Assembly (NCBI GenBank): GCA_913054375.1
Contig: CAJXIQ010000002.1
Span: forward strand, 1 to 56,151
DNA length: 56,151 bases
Source: an uncultured Bacteroidota bacterium
GTDB taxonomy: Bacteria > Bacteroidota > Bacteroidia > NS11-12g > UBA9320
Direction of reading: 5' to 3'
Made by a program: the position numbers and the translations under genes. The notes under the pieces were generated by a model that did not search any database, was not told where the DNA came from, and saw only the letters and a list, made by a program, of their open reading frames with translations. Shown piece by piece: positions 46,746 to 56,151 of the stretch; positions within the stretch are counted from its first letter, which is position 1; every line of letters starts with the position of its first letter.

Positions 46746-48190
46746 TACGCGGCAAATTTAGGTTTTTTAATGCTTAATAGAAATCTAAAACCCAATGACA
46801 CGTAAACAGTAACATACACGCTATTAGCTATATAAGCTGCCAAATTATTCAATCCGTCCTGTTCTGAAACTACGTATAAAAAAACACATAGTGCTATTAG
46901 ACCCATTACCAACTTAACGTTGTAATTCACCGGATAATATTTCTGGCCAAGGGTATAACTTAAAACAGTCATCACACAATAAGCAATAAGCGTTGTAATT
47001 GCTGCTGCTTTGAATCCGTAAATAGGAACATAAACATACAATAGAACAACCGTAATTATTGCTCCAACAGCAGATACCAAAGCCCCTAACTTTGTTTTAT
47101 CATTCAGTTTGTACCAAATGCTCAAGTTAAAAAAAATGCCAAGGAATAGGTTGGCCATTAACAATATAGGTACGATGAAAAGTGCGTCTGAATGTGAGTG
47201 ATACTCTGGCAAGCGGATGAATAAATGGGCTATTTCACTTTTGAATAATGATACGATTAAGAAAATTCCCCCACAAGCAAATACAAACCAGTTCATAATA
47301 AGAACGTAGGAGCTTTTAGCATCGTCCTTGTCTGCCTGAGCAAAGAAAAAAGGTTCTACTGCATAACGAAATGCTTGTATGAATATGGTCATTAGCATAC
47401 TGAGTTTGTAGAAAGTACCATATACTCCAATTTCATAATCTACGGATTGCTGTGGTAATAGCTTCCGCATTGCTAGTCTGTCAAAAGCCTCATTGATCAT
47501 GCCTGCAAATCCAAGAATAATTAACGGCCAGGAGTACCTAAACATTTTTTTCCAAAGGGTCCAGTCTGGCTTACCAAAATGCTTTATAGAATCGCCTAGA
47601 AGTAGGGAAAACTCCACACTGCTGGCAATTAAGTTTGCAATAAATACATTTTCAATACTCAAAGAACCTCCAGTCATTTTTGGATAAAACACAACAAAAA
47701 ATACATTGAGCGCTACGTTAAGTACTATCCCGAAACTTTTTATGAACGCAAATTTTTTCGGTCTTCCCAGGTACCTCAAAAGAGCATACGGGACAGACTT
47801 TAACACATCCAATGATAAGAGTGCTGTAAACCAAACGACGTAGGACAATTGTTCTGGGTAACCCACAAATGACCCCACACCCTGCTTGTTTAGCAGCATC
47901 AGAAAGACAAAAACACAGACCATTACGGCTAACGATGTCATTGATGTGGCAAAAACATCCTTGTAAGCCTCCTTTTTCCTGCTGAAGTTAAAAAAAGCTG
48001 TTTCCATTCCGTGAGGTAAGACCACAAAGAAGAATGCCGCATACGCGTAAAACTCTATTTGGGGCGCAATAAGATCTGGAGTAAAAAACCCTGCGTAGAA
48101 GAAAATCAACAAGAAACCTACAGAACGCCCTACAATACTGGGTATTCCATATATAGCCGTATCGCCCGCTAACTTTTTGATTATACTCAT
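46745..48190 (-). CDS. Polysaccharide/oligosaccharide flippase (MOP/Wzx-like)
   Basis: 481 aa with about 12-14 TM helices and a typical MOP-family length. Confidence 0.7.
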   Translation of the reverse strand: MSIIKKLAGDTAIYGIPSIVGRSVGFLLIFFYAGFFTPDLIAPQIEFYAYAAFFFVVLPHGMETAFFNFSRKKEAYKDVFATSMTSLAVMVCVFVFLMLLNKQGVGSFVGYPEQLSYVVWFTALLSLDVLKSVPYALLRYLGRPKKFAFIKSFGIVLNVALNVFFVVFYPKMTGGSLSIENVFIANLIASSVEFSLLLGDSIKHFGKPDWTLWKKMFRYSWPLIILGFAGMINEAFDRLAMRKLLPQQSVDYEIGVYGTFYKLSMLMTIFIQAFRYAVEPFFFAQADKDDAKSSYVLIMNWFVFACGGIFLIVSLFKSEIAHLFIRLPEYHSHSDALFIVPILLMANLFLGIFFNLSIWYKLNDKTKLGALVSAVGAIITVVLLYVYVPIYGFKAAAITTLIAYCVMTVLSYTLGQKYYPVNYNVKLVMGLIALCVFLYVVSEQDGLNNLAAYIANSVYVTVYVSLGFRFLLSIKKPKFAA

Positions 48191-48198
48191 TTACTATG

Positions 48199-48206
48199 CA
48201 AAGCTA
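48199..48206 (-). promoter_or_regulatory. Bacteroidetes -7 box (TAGCTTTG)
   Basis: Exact TAnnTTTG on the minus strand, 8 nt upstream of the flippase ATG. Confidence 0.5.
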
Positions 48207-48234
48207 CATTTACCCTACGTATCCTATACACAGA

Positions 48235-50526
48235 TTATTTTGCCTTGTCTATTGTGTAGGTTACTTGCAATCGAACTGTACGTGGACTGCCTAAATCAGC
48301 GGGCCGAATGGCATACTCAAAATTGAAAAGATTTGCTACCAATAGATTTGTTTGCCATGTCTTAGAAAACGCATAACCCATGCGAGCATTATATATAGTA
48401 TATGCCGTAATTTCCTTGTCTATAGACTCTTGTATTCCCGGAACGAAGGCACTAATGGGGAAATTCACAAAAGCCATATCTATGTTTTGCACAGCTGACT
48501 GATACGTAGCACCTAAACCAAATGTCCACTTTTTGTACTTGACCATAACATCTGCTTTTGCTAAGTGCTTTGGCCTATACTTTAGAACATCTCCTGTTGT
48601 ATCTGAGCTTGTATTGCGGTAGGTTTGCTGAGTATTGATATTATCTACACCTATTGTCTTAGCGGGTTCTAAGGCTTTAGAATCCGCATACGTGTATCCC
48701 ACAAATCCCTGAATTTTTATGTTTTTTGATTTTCGCTGGAAGCTCAAATTGATTTCTGAACCCGTGACACTCGTTTTACCCGTATTCAGTGTTATAAACC
48801 CAGCTCCATACAAGGGTGGAACTACAGAACCCCATTGGCCAAAGGTAAACTCCATCATATTCTCAAAAGTCATTTGAAATACTGCCACATCTGCAAGGAA
48901 TTGAATTTTACCAATTTTAAAACCTTGTTTAATACCTATTTCTACATTGGTCCCGGTTTCGGATTCTAATTCTGGATTTGGGTATATACTCACCGGTCCT
49001 ACTGTAGTTGTGATATACGACTCCGCTATACTTGGGAATCGATACCCTTGACCATAACTTGCCCGAAGAAAAGTAAATTGAGCCGCGGCATAATTTAAGC
49101 CCGCTCGGAATACAGGCTTGCCTTCTGACCTGTCATTGAGCATAAACTGCTCATAGCGTGCGCCTCCACTTACAGATAGTCTATTCCACCGTTTTTCCAA
49201 TTGAAGGTACGCAGCATAATTACTCGCATTCTGAGTGCCGTTGTAGAGTGGCGATTGGGTTTCTGTGTTGATAGCTACTAGGCCACCAATTGCATTAAAA
49301 TTTTTCTTTGGCAAGCTAAAATTAGACTGATAATCAGCATATATCAACTTTGAACTATTGGATTGATCCATTGCAGGATCTCCATTGTCTACATCATTAT
49401 TTATTCCCAAATATCGTGTATTTAGCGAATGGCTAAATTTACCTGTGACCCACTTTATATAGGGATCTACACTCAACCGATTCACATTATTGTCGGTATC
49501 TCCACTGTCCAATGCAGTATACCCCAAGTCATATGATTCCCACAATAGAAAACTGCCTGATTTACCTTGCTGGTAGGTGGTATTCACGCCATAAATTAAA
49601 TTTTTATCTGCCACAACCTTACGTAATCCTAAGGTGCCGCGAATACGATTATCATAATCGCTCATTTTATAGCTCTCATCCCTCAGAGCGTTTAACCCTA
49701 GTGTGACTCCTAAACCACCATATACTCCCGTATGATATGCCGTGATATTAGAAACTGAACTTCTTTTGTTTCCTCTGTAACGCAGCGATTTTCGTTTTGG
49801 TAAATCATAGAAGCCAACAGATGTATTTAATTCCGTAAAAGGCTTATTTGTCGGCCTTCTGGTTTTGATATTGATCACACCATTTAATGCTGAACTGCCA
49901 TATATTACAGAGCTTGCTCCTTTGATAATTTCTACACCACCTACTCCCTCTGTAGGTATGAAATTCCACAAGGGTTGACCTGCGTCTCCGCTAAGTATGG
50001 GTACCCCATCTACTAACACCTGCACTCGTGAACCCGCACCGTAACTCCATCCACTACCGCTACGTATAGTAGGCTGATTGTCTACCACTTGCACTCCATT
50101 TATCCTACCAATACTCTCTTCCAGGTTAGTAGGAGCGGTATTTGATATAAGGTCAGGACGTATAATTTCTATGGATATTGTAGCATTTTTTAATTCAGAA
50201 GCATGTTTGTTTTCTGATACTACAATGGCATTTAATAAGTTCGATTTTTCAACCAGTACGAGTAAAGAATCCTCTGGTGTAATCTGCACTTCTTGATAGC
50301 CTATTTGAACCACTCTCAGCAAAGGCTCTTCCGTTTCTAAATAGAACTCTCCCGCTACGTTGGTAATACTTAAAACTCTATTTGCTACCAATAACTTTAA
50401 CTGAGCACCTACAATAGCTTCGTTGCTTTTATTTATAAGTTTTCCAGAATAAGTATATAGCGTTTGTCCAAAGCTCTGAATTGTCAAAAGACACAAAACC
50501 GCTTGTATGAATAGTTGCTTCCGCAT
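48235..50526 (-). CDS. TonB-dependent receptor with N-terminal carboxypeptidase-regulatory-like domain
   Basis: Signal peptide MRKQLFIQAVLCLLTIQSFGQ, plug-like segment and long beta-barrel. The start at 50526 avoids overlap with the divergent gene and sits 14 nt from a -7 box. Confidence 0.85.
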   Translation of the reverse strand: MRKQLFIQAVLCLLTIQSFGQTLYTYSGKLINKSNEAIVGAQLKLLVANRVLSITNVAGEFYLETEEPLLRVVQIGYQEVQITPEDSLLVLVEKSNLLNAIVVSENKHASELKNATISIEIIRPDLISNTAPTNLEESIGRINGVQVVDNQPTIRSGSGWSYGAGSRVQVLVDGVPILSGDAGQPLWNFIPTEGVGGVEIIKGASSVIYGSSALNGVINIKTRRPTNKPFTELNTSVGFYDLPKRKSLRYRGNKRSSVSNITAYHTGVYGGLGVTLGLNALRDESYKMSDYDNRIRGTLGLRKVVADKNLIYGVNTTYQQGKSGSFLLWESYDLGYTALDSGDTDNNVNRLSVDPYIKWVTGKFSHSLNTRYLGINNDVDNGDPAMDQSNSSKLIYADYQSNFSLPKKNFNAIGGLVAINTETQSPLYNGTQNASNYAAYLQLEKRWNRLSVSGGARYEQFMLNDRSEGKPVFRAGLNYAAAQFTFLRASYGQGYRFPSIAESYITTTVGPVSIYPNPELESETGTNVEIGIKQGFKIGKIQFLADVAVFQMTFENMMEFTFGQWGSVVPPLYGAGFITLNTGKTSVTGSEINLSFQRKSKNIKIQGFVGYTYADSKALEPAKTIGVDNINTQQTYRNTSSDTTGDVLKYRPKHLAKADVMVKYKKWTFGLGATYQSAVQNIDMAFVNFPISAFVPGIQESIDKEITAYTIYNARMGYAFSKTWQTNLLVANLFNFEYAIRPADLGSPRTVRLQVTYTIDKAK

Positions 50527-50540
50527 ATCTTCGTTTTTCA

Positions 50541-50548
50541 CAAATGTA
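50541..50548 (-). promoter_or_regulatory. Bacteroidetes -7 box (TACATTTG)
   Basis: Exact TAnnTTTG on the minus strand, upstream of the receptor ATG at 50526. Confidence 0.5.
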
Positions 50549-50563
50549 TAAAACCAATCTGTT

Positions 50564-51283
50564 ATGAAAAGATTTTTACTTATTGCCACACTTACAGCAA
50601 CTGCAGTATACGTACAAGCTCAGAACTGCAATCCTGACAACACCATAACGCAAGCCGGCGTATATCCCGAGCAGCCAGATACTGCGTTTGCAGATGAAGC
50701 CTATGACTTCAGTTTTCAAGTATTGGCCTTAAAAGATACAGCCGTTATTTTTGGCGGGCAAAACTTAAACGCAACCATTGACTCTATAAAAGTGAATAAT
50801 GTGATAGGACTCCCTTCTGGTTTTGAATATACATGCAATCCCATGAATTGTGTTTTCAACTGGAGAGCGGTAGGTTGTGTAAATGTAAAGGGAAATCCTA
50901 CCCAATCACAAGTTGGAGTCTATGACCTGAAAATAGCAACGACAGTATATGCCAAAGCGGGAATCCTAGCCTTACCTGTACCAGACACTACAGATGGCTA
51001 CGAACTTGTCATTAATGGTGATGGCTCAGCTTCCATTTTTGACATAGCATCAACTCAAATTAGCATTTATCCAAACCCCTCTAACAATGGGGTCTACATG
51101 CTCTCTTCAACTGATCAATTGCTTCTTTTGAGTATTGTTGATATTCAAGGTAAAGAAATTGATTTTAAGTCAGTTACAGAAAAAAATAGCACCACCATAA
51201 ACCTAGAAGAAGCCCCAAAAGGAGTTTACTTTCTGAGCGTAAAACTTGGCAATAAGATTATAAGCAAGAAATTGGTACGATAG
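50564..51283 (+). CDS. Small secreted protein with T9SS C-terminal sorting domain
   Basis: Signal peptide ending VQAQ. CTD ISIYPNPSNNGVYMLS...GVYFLSVKLGNKIISKKLVR. Confidence 0.8.
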   Translation: MKRFLLIATLTATAVYVQAQNCNPDNTITQAGVYPEQPDTAFADEAYDFSFQVLALKDTAVIFGGQNLNATIDSIKVNNVIGLPSGFEYTCNPMNCVFNWRAVGCVNVKGNPTQSQVGVYDLKIATTVYAKAGILALPVPDTTDGYELVINGDGSASIFDIASTQISIYPNPSNNGVYMLSSTDQLLLLSIVDIQGKEIDFKSVTEKNSTTINLEEAPKGVYFLSVKLGNKIISKKLVR

Positions 51284-51312
51284 TCTACATCAGGAGAGTG
51301 GTATAATAAACG

Positions 51313-51320
51313 TACTTTTG
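51313..51320 (+). promoter_or_regulatory. Bacteroidetes -7 box (TACTTTTG)
   Basis: Exact TAnnTTTG, 13 nt upstream of ATG 51334. Confidence 0.5.
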
Positions 51321-51333
51321 CACTACTCAAATT

Positions 51334-53718
51334 ATGGCATTAGACGTGGCAAAGCAAACTTCGACATCTATATCAAAGCAAGAATTTATCGATCAAGTTA
51401 AGAGTGATTACATTACTGCTTACAGGAGCAGACAAACCTCACTTATTGGTCGCAAAGAAGTCCTTACCGGAAAGGCAAAGTTTGGAATTTTTGGGGATGG
51501 TAAAGAGGTTGCACAGGTCGCTATGGCTCGTTACATGAGCAATGGAGATTTTCGTGCAGGCTACTACCGCGATCAAACGATCATGTTTGCCCTGGGACTG
51601 AGCGATGTACAGAAATTTTTTGCTCAATTATATGCTCACCCAAGTGTTGACCATGAGCCTAGTAGTGCCGGCAGAAGTATGAATGGTCATTTTGGGACAC
51701 GCTTGCTAGACAACGAAGGAAACTGGTTACCACAAACGGATCGCATTAATATTTCATCCGACATCTCCCCTACCGCTGGGCAAATGCCTAGAGCACTTGG
51801 TCTTGCGTTTGCATCCAAGGTATACAAGTCCAACAAAGATCTTCACCAAAATACAACATTTTCTAAAAAAGGAACCGAAATATCTTGGGCTACAATAGGT
51901 AATGCGAGTACTTCTGAAGGTCACTTTTGGGAAACAATAAACGCAGCTGGTGTAATGCAGGTGCCGCTACTGGTAAGCATTTGGGATGACGAGTATGGCA
52001 TTTCTGTCCATGCAAAACATCAGACTACTAAGCAAAACTTAAGTGCAATCCTTTCCGGTTTCAAAACCGACAAGTTCGGTACTGGAATAGAGCTTATTAC
52101 GGTAAATGGCTGGGACTATCCTGCACTTATAAATGCTTATAAAAAAGCAGCTGAAATATGCCGTAAAAAGCATACTCCAGTCGTGGTGCACGTAAAGGAG
52201 CTTACTCAACCTCAAGGACACTCTACCTCTGGCTCTCACGAGAGATACAAATCTAAAGAAAGACTAGCTTGGGAATTGGACCACGATTGCGTAAGTAAAA
52301 TGCGTAGTTGGTTGATTGAAAACAAGATAGCAGAAGATAGTGAAATAGCTTCTCTCGAAAAATTGGCTGAAAATGAAGTAAAAGAATCTAAAAGAGCAGC
52401 TTGGACAGCCTTTAGCAACGAAATAAAAACAGAGGTAACAGAAACAGTAGCTCTTCTGAAAAATATAGATAGTAATGCCGCGGCCACGCTAAAAGAAACG
52501 ATGGATCCCGGCAGAAAAGACATTCTGAAAGCAATGCATACGGTTCTGCGCGAAAACATTGGTAATCCGAAGGCCAACGAATTACGTACGTATCACATCG
52601 ACTACTTAGCCAGGTATCAAGACATTTATAGCAGCCACCTACATAGTCAGTCTCCGCAGCGTGCACGCAGTGTCGTTGAAATAAAACCAACGTATGCAGA
52701 CGATGCTGAAGAACTCAATGGATTCGAAATCCTCAATAAGACTTTTGATCACCTGCTAAGCACTCACCCAGAAGTCATTGCATTTGGCGAAGATGTAGGT
52801 AAAATTGGAGATGTAAATCAAGGATTCGCTGGACTACAAGACAAGCATGGGGACCACCGCGTGATGGACATGGGTATTCGCGAGAACACCATTGTGGGAC
52901 AAGCAGTAGGCGCATCGCTACGTGGACTAAGACCGATTGCTGAAATACAGTATCTCGACTATCTGCTCTATGGGGTGCAGATGATGAGTGATGATATTGC
53001 TACCATTCAGTACAGAACCAAAGGAGGGCAGAAGTACCCGCTCATAATAAGAACTAGGGGCCACCGCCTAGAGGGAATATGGCACAGTGGCTCACCTATG
53101 GGAATGATACTAAACGCCGTACGCGGAATAAATGTGCTTGTACCTAGGGACATGACACGTGCTGCCGGATTTTATAACACCATCATAAAATCTGACGAAC
53201 CAGCATTGATTGTAGAATGCTTGAATGGCTATCGACTAAAGGAGAAATTACCTAGTAATCTTACCTCTTTTACTGTGCCTGTAGGAGTGCCCGAAACACT
53301 ACAGTATGGTGAAGATATAACCGTAGTTACCTACGGAAGCTGCATACGAATAGCACAAGAAGGAATTAAGTTACTCCAAGAAAAGGGGATCTCTGTAGAA
53401 CTAATAGATATACAATCTTTACTCCCATTTGATATAAATCACACCATTGTAGAATCACTGATGAAAACCAACAAAGTGGTATTTATGGATGAAGACGTAA
53501 AAGGAGGAGCCACTGGTTTTATGATGCAGAAAGTACTCGAAGAGCAAGAAGGATACAAGTATCTCGATGCAGCTCCACGAACACTTACCTCACAAGACCA
53601 CAGACCGGCTTATGGTACAGATGGCGATTATTTCTCCAAATCCAATGCAGAAGAACTGTTTGAATTAGTTTATGGAATGATGCATGAGTATGAGCCCACT
53701 CAGTTTCCCAAATTTTAG
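51334..53718 (+). CDS. Fused alpha/beta E1 component of a 2-oxoacid dehydrogenase (TPP-dependent)
   Basis: N-terminal E1-alpha-like TPP domain and C-terminal transketolase-like Pyr and C domains (FGEDVGKIGDVNQGF, MGIRENTIVGQAVG). 794 aa. Confidence 0.85.
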   Translation: MALDVAKQTSTSISKQEFIDQVKSDYITAYRSRQTSLIGRKEVLTGKAKFGIFGDGKEVAQVAMARYMSNGDFRAGYYRDQTIMFALGLSDVQKFFAQLYAHPSVDHEPSSAGRSMNGHFGTRLLDNEGNWLPQTDRINISSDISPTAGQMPRALGLAFASKVYKSNKDLHQNTTFSKKGTEISWATIGNASTSEGHFWETINAAGVMQVPLLVSIWDDEYGISVHAKHQTTKQNLSAILSGFKTDKFGTGIELITVNGWDYPALINAYKKAAEICRKKHTPVVVHVKELTQPQGHSTSGSHERYKSKERLAWELDHDCVSKMRSWLIENKIAEDSEIASLEKLAENEVKESKRAAWTAFSNEIKTEVTETVALLKNIDSNAAATLKETMDPGRKDILKAMHTVLRENIGNPKANELRTYHIDYLARYQDIYSSHLHSQSPQRARSVVEIKPTYADDAEELNGFEILNKTFDHLLSTHPEVIAFGEDVGKIGDVNQGFAGLQDKHGDHRVMDMGIRENTIVGQAVGASLRGLRPIAEIQYLDYLLYGVQMMSDDIATIQYRTKGGQKYPLIIRTRGHRLEGIWHSGSPMGMILNAVRGINVLVPRDMTRAAGFYNTIIKSDEPALIVECLNGYRLKEKLPSNLTSFTVPVGVPETLQYGEDITVVTYGSCIRIAQEGIKLLQEKGISVELIDIQSLLPFDINHTIVESLMKTNKVVFMDEDVKGGATGFMMQKVLEEQEGYKYLDAAPRTLTSQDHRPAYGTDGDYFSKSNAEELFELVYGMMHEYEPTQFPKF

Positions 53719-53895
53719 ATGCCAAAAAAAGGTTCACCCGCTGAAATATGCCGAACGTATTGTTTCCTTGCCGGCACTACTATAAACTAATCGGCATTAA
53801 GATACCACCCGTTTTCTTTAATTGCCACTGTATGCTTTTCCTTGCAAATCCAGTAAAGTACTGAATCCAACGGTTGTTCTATGCCTTACACCAGC

Positions 53896-54495
53896 TCACT
53901 CACATACCTGCACTAATGCAGCTTTATTGATCGTATATTTTCTATTGTTGGAGAGGTTCAAACACATCACTCTAGATCGACGATTTTCTAGTTTTTCATA
54001 CCGATGTGGACCAAACTCAAATAGATCACCAACCGTCAATTCCTCTAAATATGTTCCTTGTTTTTCGTCGTACATAGAAAAGGCTTTTTCTACGCGTATA
54101 TTGACTCCGCTACACGCTTTTGGATTAACTAGCTCGTCAGAAACCACCGCAAATAGTTGCTCATCTTTCTTAAACTCATCAGCGATGTCAAGAGAGGTAA
54201 ATAGCGCTCTAAAATTCGCTTTCCACTCATCTCCGTGTGGTTTCACCTTATGTCGATACTCCAAAAATGTTTTAAGATGTGCTATCTCGTGAACAAGCGT
54301 AAATAAGAAACGAAAAGAATTGGTATCATGATTGACAGAAATACTTAATCTAGCGCCATTTTGCTTAAAATCTCCTCGTTTTGTCTTTCGTTGCTTGGTT
54401 ACTTTCAGCACACACTTACGTTCTTCCAAAAAGGATAAAATGTAGTGTGCTTTGTTAGAAGGTAAGTGCTTTTCTAAGTATTCGAGGATACTCAT
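53896..54495 (-). CDS. SprT-like zinc metalloprotease-domain protein
   Basis: LVHEIAHL (HExxH). Confidence 0.65.
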   Translation of the reverse strand: MSILEYLEKHLPSNKAHYILSFLEERKCVLKVTKQRKTKRGDFKQNGARLSISVNHDTNSFRFLFTLVHEIAHLKTFLEYRHKVKPHGDEWKANFRALFTSLDIADEFKKDEQLFAVVSDELVNPKACSGVNIRVEKAFSMYDEKQGTYLEELTVGDLFEFGPHRYEKLENRRSRVMCLNLSNNRKYTINKAALVQVCE

Positions 54496-54499
54496 CTCA

Positions 54500-55156
54500 C
54501 TATTTTAAGACGGCGATTAGTGTTTCTGCAGCAGAAACTTTTTGATCTAATGCTACTTTAATCTCTGTACCTAGAGGTACATATACATCTACTCTTGATC
54601 CGAATTTAATAAAGCCCATCTCTTCTCCTTTGGCGGCTTTGTCTCCTGGTTTTATGTACCATCTAATTCTGCGGGCTACTGCTCCTGCTATTTGCCTAAA
54701 GAGCACTTCAGCTCCGGCATCTGTCTTAATTACTGAAGTGGTGCGTTCGTTTTCTGTACTACTTTTAGGATGCCAAGCTACCAAGTACTTGCCCGGATGA
54801 TATTTGAAATAACTAAAAATGCCCGAAACCGGATTTCGATTAACATGCACATTGAGAGGTGACATGAAAATAGAAATTTGAATCCGCTTATCTTTAAAGT
54901 ATTCTGTTTCTTCCACCTCCTCTATTACCACTACTTTACCATCACAAGGGCTAACTACGCCATTTTCTGTTTTGTCTGAATACCGTGGTGGGTTTCTAAA
55001 AAAACGAACTATCAAAATGAACAGTATTACCAGCGGTATACCTACCAATACTGTAAGCCATTGAGGCGCCCCAAATTCTGATATTAGGAATAATATGCCA
55101 CCTAAAAGTAAGGTGGATATAAGTACTATTTTATAACCTTCTCTATGTAGTTTCAT
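54500..55156 (-). CDS. psd: Phosphatidylserine decarboxylase (short, membrane-anchored type)
   Basis: Two N-terminal TM helices and FIKFGSRVDVY with the G-S self-cleavage site. Confidence 0.85.
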   Translation of the reverse strand: MKLHREGYKIVLISTLLLGGILFLISEFGAPQWLTVLVGIPLVILFILIVRFFRNPPRYSDKTENGVVSPCDGKVVVIEEVEETEYFKDKRIQISIFMSPLNVHVNRNPVSGIFSYFKYHPGKYLVAWHPKSSTENERTTSVIKTDAGAEVLFRQIAGAVARRIRWYIKPGDKAAKGEEMGFIKFGSRVDVYVPLGTEIKVALDQKVSAAETLIAVLK

Positions 55157-56151
55157 TAAAAACTTCCTCTTAATTTAGATGTGCTTGCTACTTTATCTAT
55201 TGCCACAATATACGCTGCAGTTCTTAGGCTACACTTGTGTTTACGTGCTGCTTTATACACGCTGTCAAAAGCTTGCTTCATTATTCTATCTGCTCTACGA
55301 TTTACTCGCTCTTCCGTCCAGAAATATCCAAGTCTATTTTGTACCCACTCAAAGTAAGAAACCGAAACTCCTCCTGCATTTGCAAGAATATCTGGTACTA
55401 CCATAACGCCATTTTTATCCAATATAGCATCTGCATTAGAAGCGGTTGGTCCGTTTGCGCCTTCTACTATAAGCTTTGCTTTAATTCTGTTTGCATTCTC
55501 TTCTGTAATCTGATCTTCGAGTGCGGCAGGCACCAAAATGTCTACATCGAGCTCTAGTATTTCATCATTGCTAATTATCTTACCGCCCTTGTAGCCTTCT
55601 AAACTCTTTTTTCGAGCTACGTAATTTATTGCTTCTTCAATGTCTAGCCCATCTGGATTATAATATGCTCCTGAAATATCCGAAATAGCGACTATAGTCA
55701 CTCCTTGTTGCTCTATTAGCTTAGCAGATATACTACCTACGTTGCCAAATCCTTGCACTGCGCAAGTAGACTCCGTTGGATTCATTTTTAATTTCGCCAT
55801 TGCACTACGAGTAGATACCATGACACCGCGGCCTGTTGCTTCTACTCTACCAAGTGATCCACCCAATACTAACGGCTTACCCGTTACTACTGCCGGAGAC
55901 GCCTGACCTGCGAGCTTTGAATATTCGTCCATAATCCAAGCCATTGTCTGTGGGTTTGTACCCATATCTGGAGCAGGAATATCTCTCTCTGGACCAAATA
56001 CATCACGCATAGCACCTGTAAATGCTCTCGTCAAACGTTCAAGCTCTCCTTGAGACATTTTGCGAGGATCACATTGAATACCACCCTTTCCGCCGCCATA
56101 AGGAATCCCTACAACCGCACATTTCCAAGTCATCCAAGCTGCTAATGCCTT
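55156..56151 (-). CDS. Glu/Leu/Phe/Val dehydrogenase family (glutamate dehydrogenase-like), N-terminus outside the window
   Basis: PYGGGKGG active-site region and GFGNVG NAD(P) fold. The reading frame stays open to the window edge. Confidence 0.9.
   Translation of the reverse strand, partial: KALAAWMTWKCAVVGIPYGGGKGGIQCDPRKMSQGELERLTRAFTGAMRDVFGPERDIPAPDMGTNPQTMAWIMDEYSKLAGQASPAVVTGKPLVLGGSLGRVEATGRGVMVSTRSAMAKLKMNPTESTCAVQGFGNVGSISAKLIEQQGVTIVAISDISGAYYNPDGLDIEEAINYVARKKSLEGYKGGKIISNDEILELDVDILVPAALEDQITEENANRIKAKLIVEGANGPTASNADAILDKNGVMVVPDILANAGGVSVSYFEWVQNRLGYFWTEERVNRRADRIMKQAFDSVYKAARKHKCSLRTAAYIVAIDKVASTSKLRGSF

Noticed and set aside
53822-54292. 156-aa plus-strand ORF
   Set aside because: It is antisense to the SprT-like gene, which has an HExxH motif. 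It has no recognisable features and a non-ATG start.
1-56151. CRISPR arrays, rRNA genes, retron/DGR-type reverse transcriptases and toxin-antitoxin pairs
   Set aside because: I noticed no regularly spaced short repeats, no rRNA-like stretches and no RT or nuclease-toxin motifs in any listed ORF. Absence is judged by eye only.

Overview
A 56-kb chromosomal segment that looks like Bacteroidota, probably Flavobacteriia-like. The evidence is five proteins ending in T9SS C-terminal sorting domains, several TAnnTTTG -7 promoter boxes very close to start codons, no obvious Shine-Dalgarno use, and fused E1 alpha/beta, DUF4292, TPR and TonB-receptor genes. Most genes are housekeeping: UvrD-type helicase-nuclease, NifU-like, thiL, pgk, metG, dut, psd, Glu/Leu/Phe/Val-type dehydrogenase and peptidases.

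Four regions are not ordinary:
1. Two tandem giant T9SS adhesin genes (4739-8809 and 9034-13191) have bodies that are nucleotide-identical over 3.5 kb. Their N-terminal GEVED-type heads differ.
2. Directly downstream lies an ECF sigma operon (13305-17594). Its anti-sigma position holds an inner-membrane-anchored protein that ends in an outer-membrane beta-barrel domain, followed by a T9SS beta-propeller protein. A GCAAC-N15-GTGTC motif is shared by the sigma gene and adhesin copy 2.
3. A compact operon of UbiA prenyltransferase, type III PKS, methyltransferase and flavoprotein is followed by an OM-barrel gene and a YceI-like lipid-binder gene (32372-37491).
4. A decayed, AT-rich integrase island sits next to a tRNA-CAT (about 26280-28333).

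I saw no rRNA, CRISPR array or transposase. All product calls come from motifs read by eye. No database search was run.
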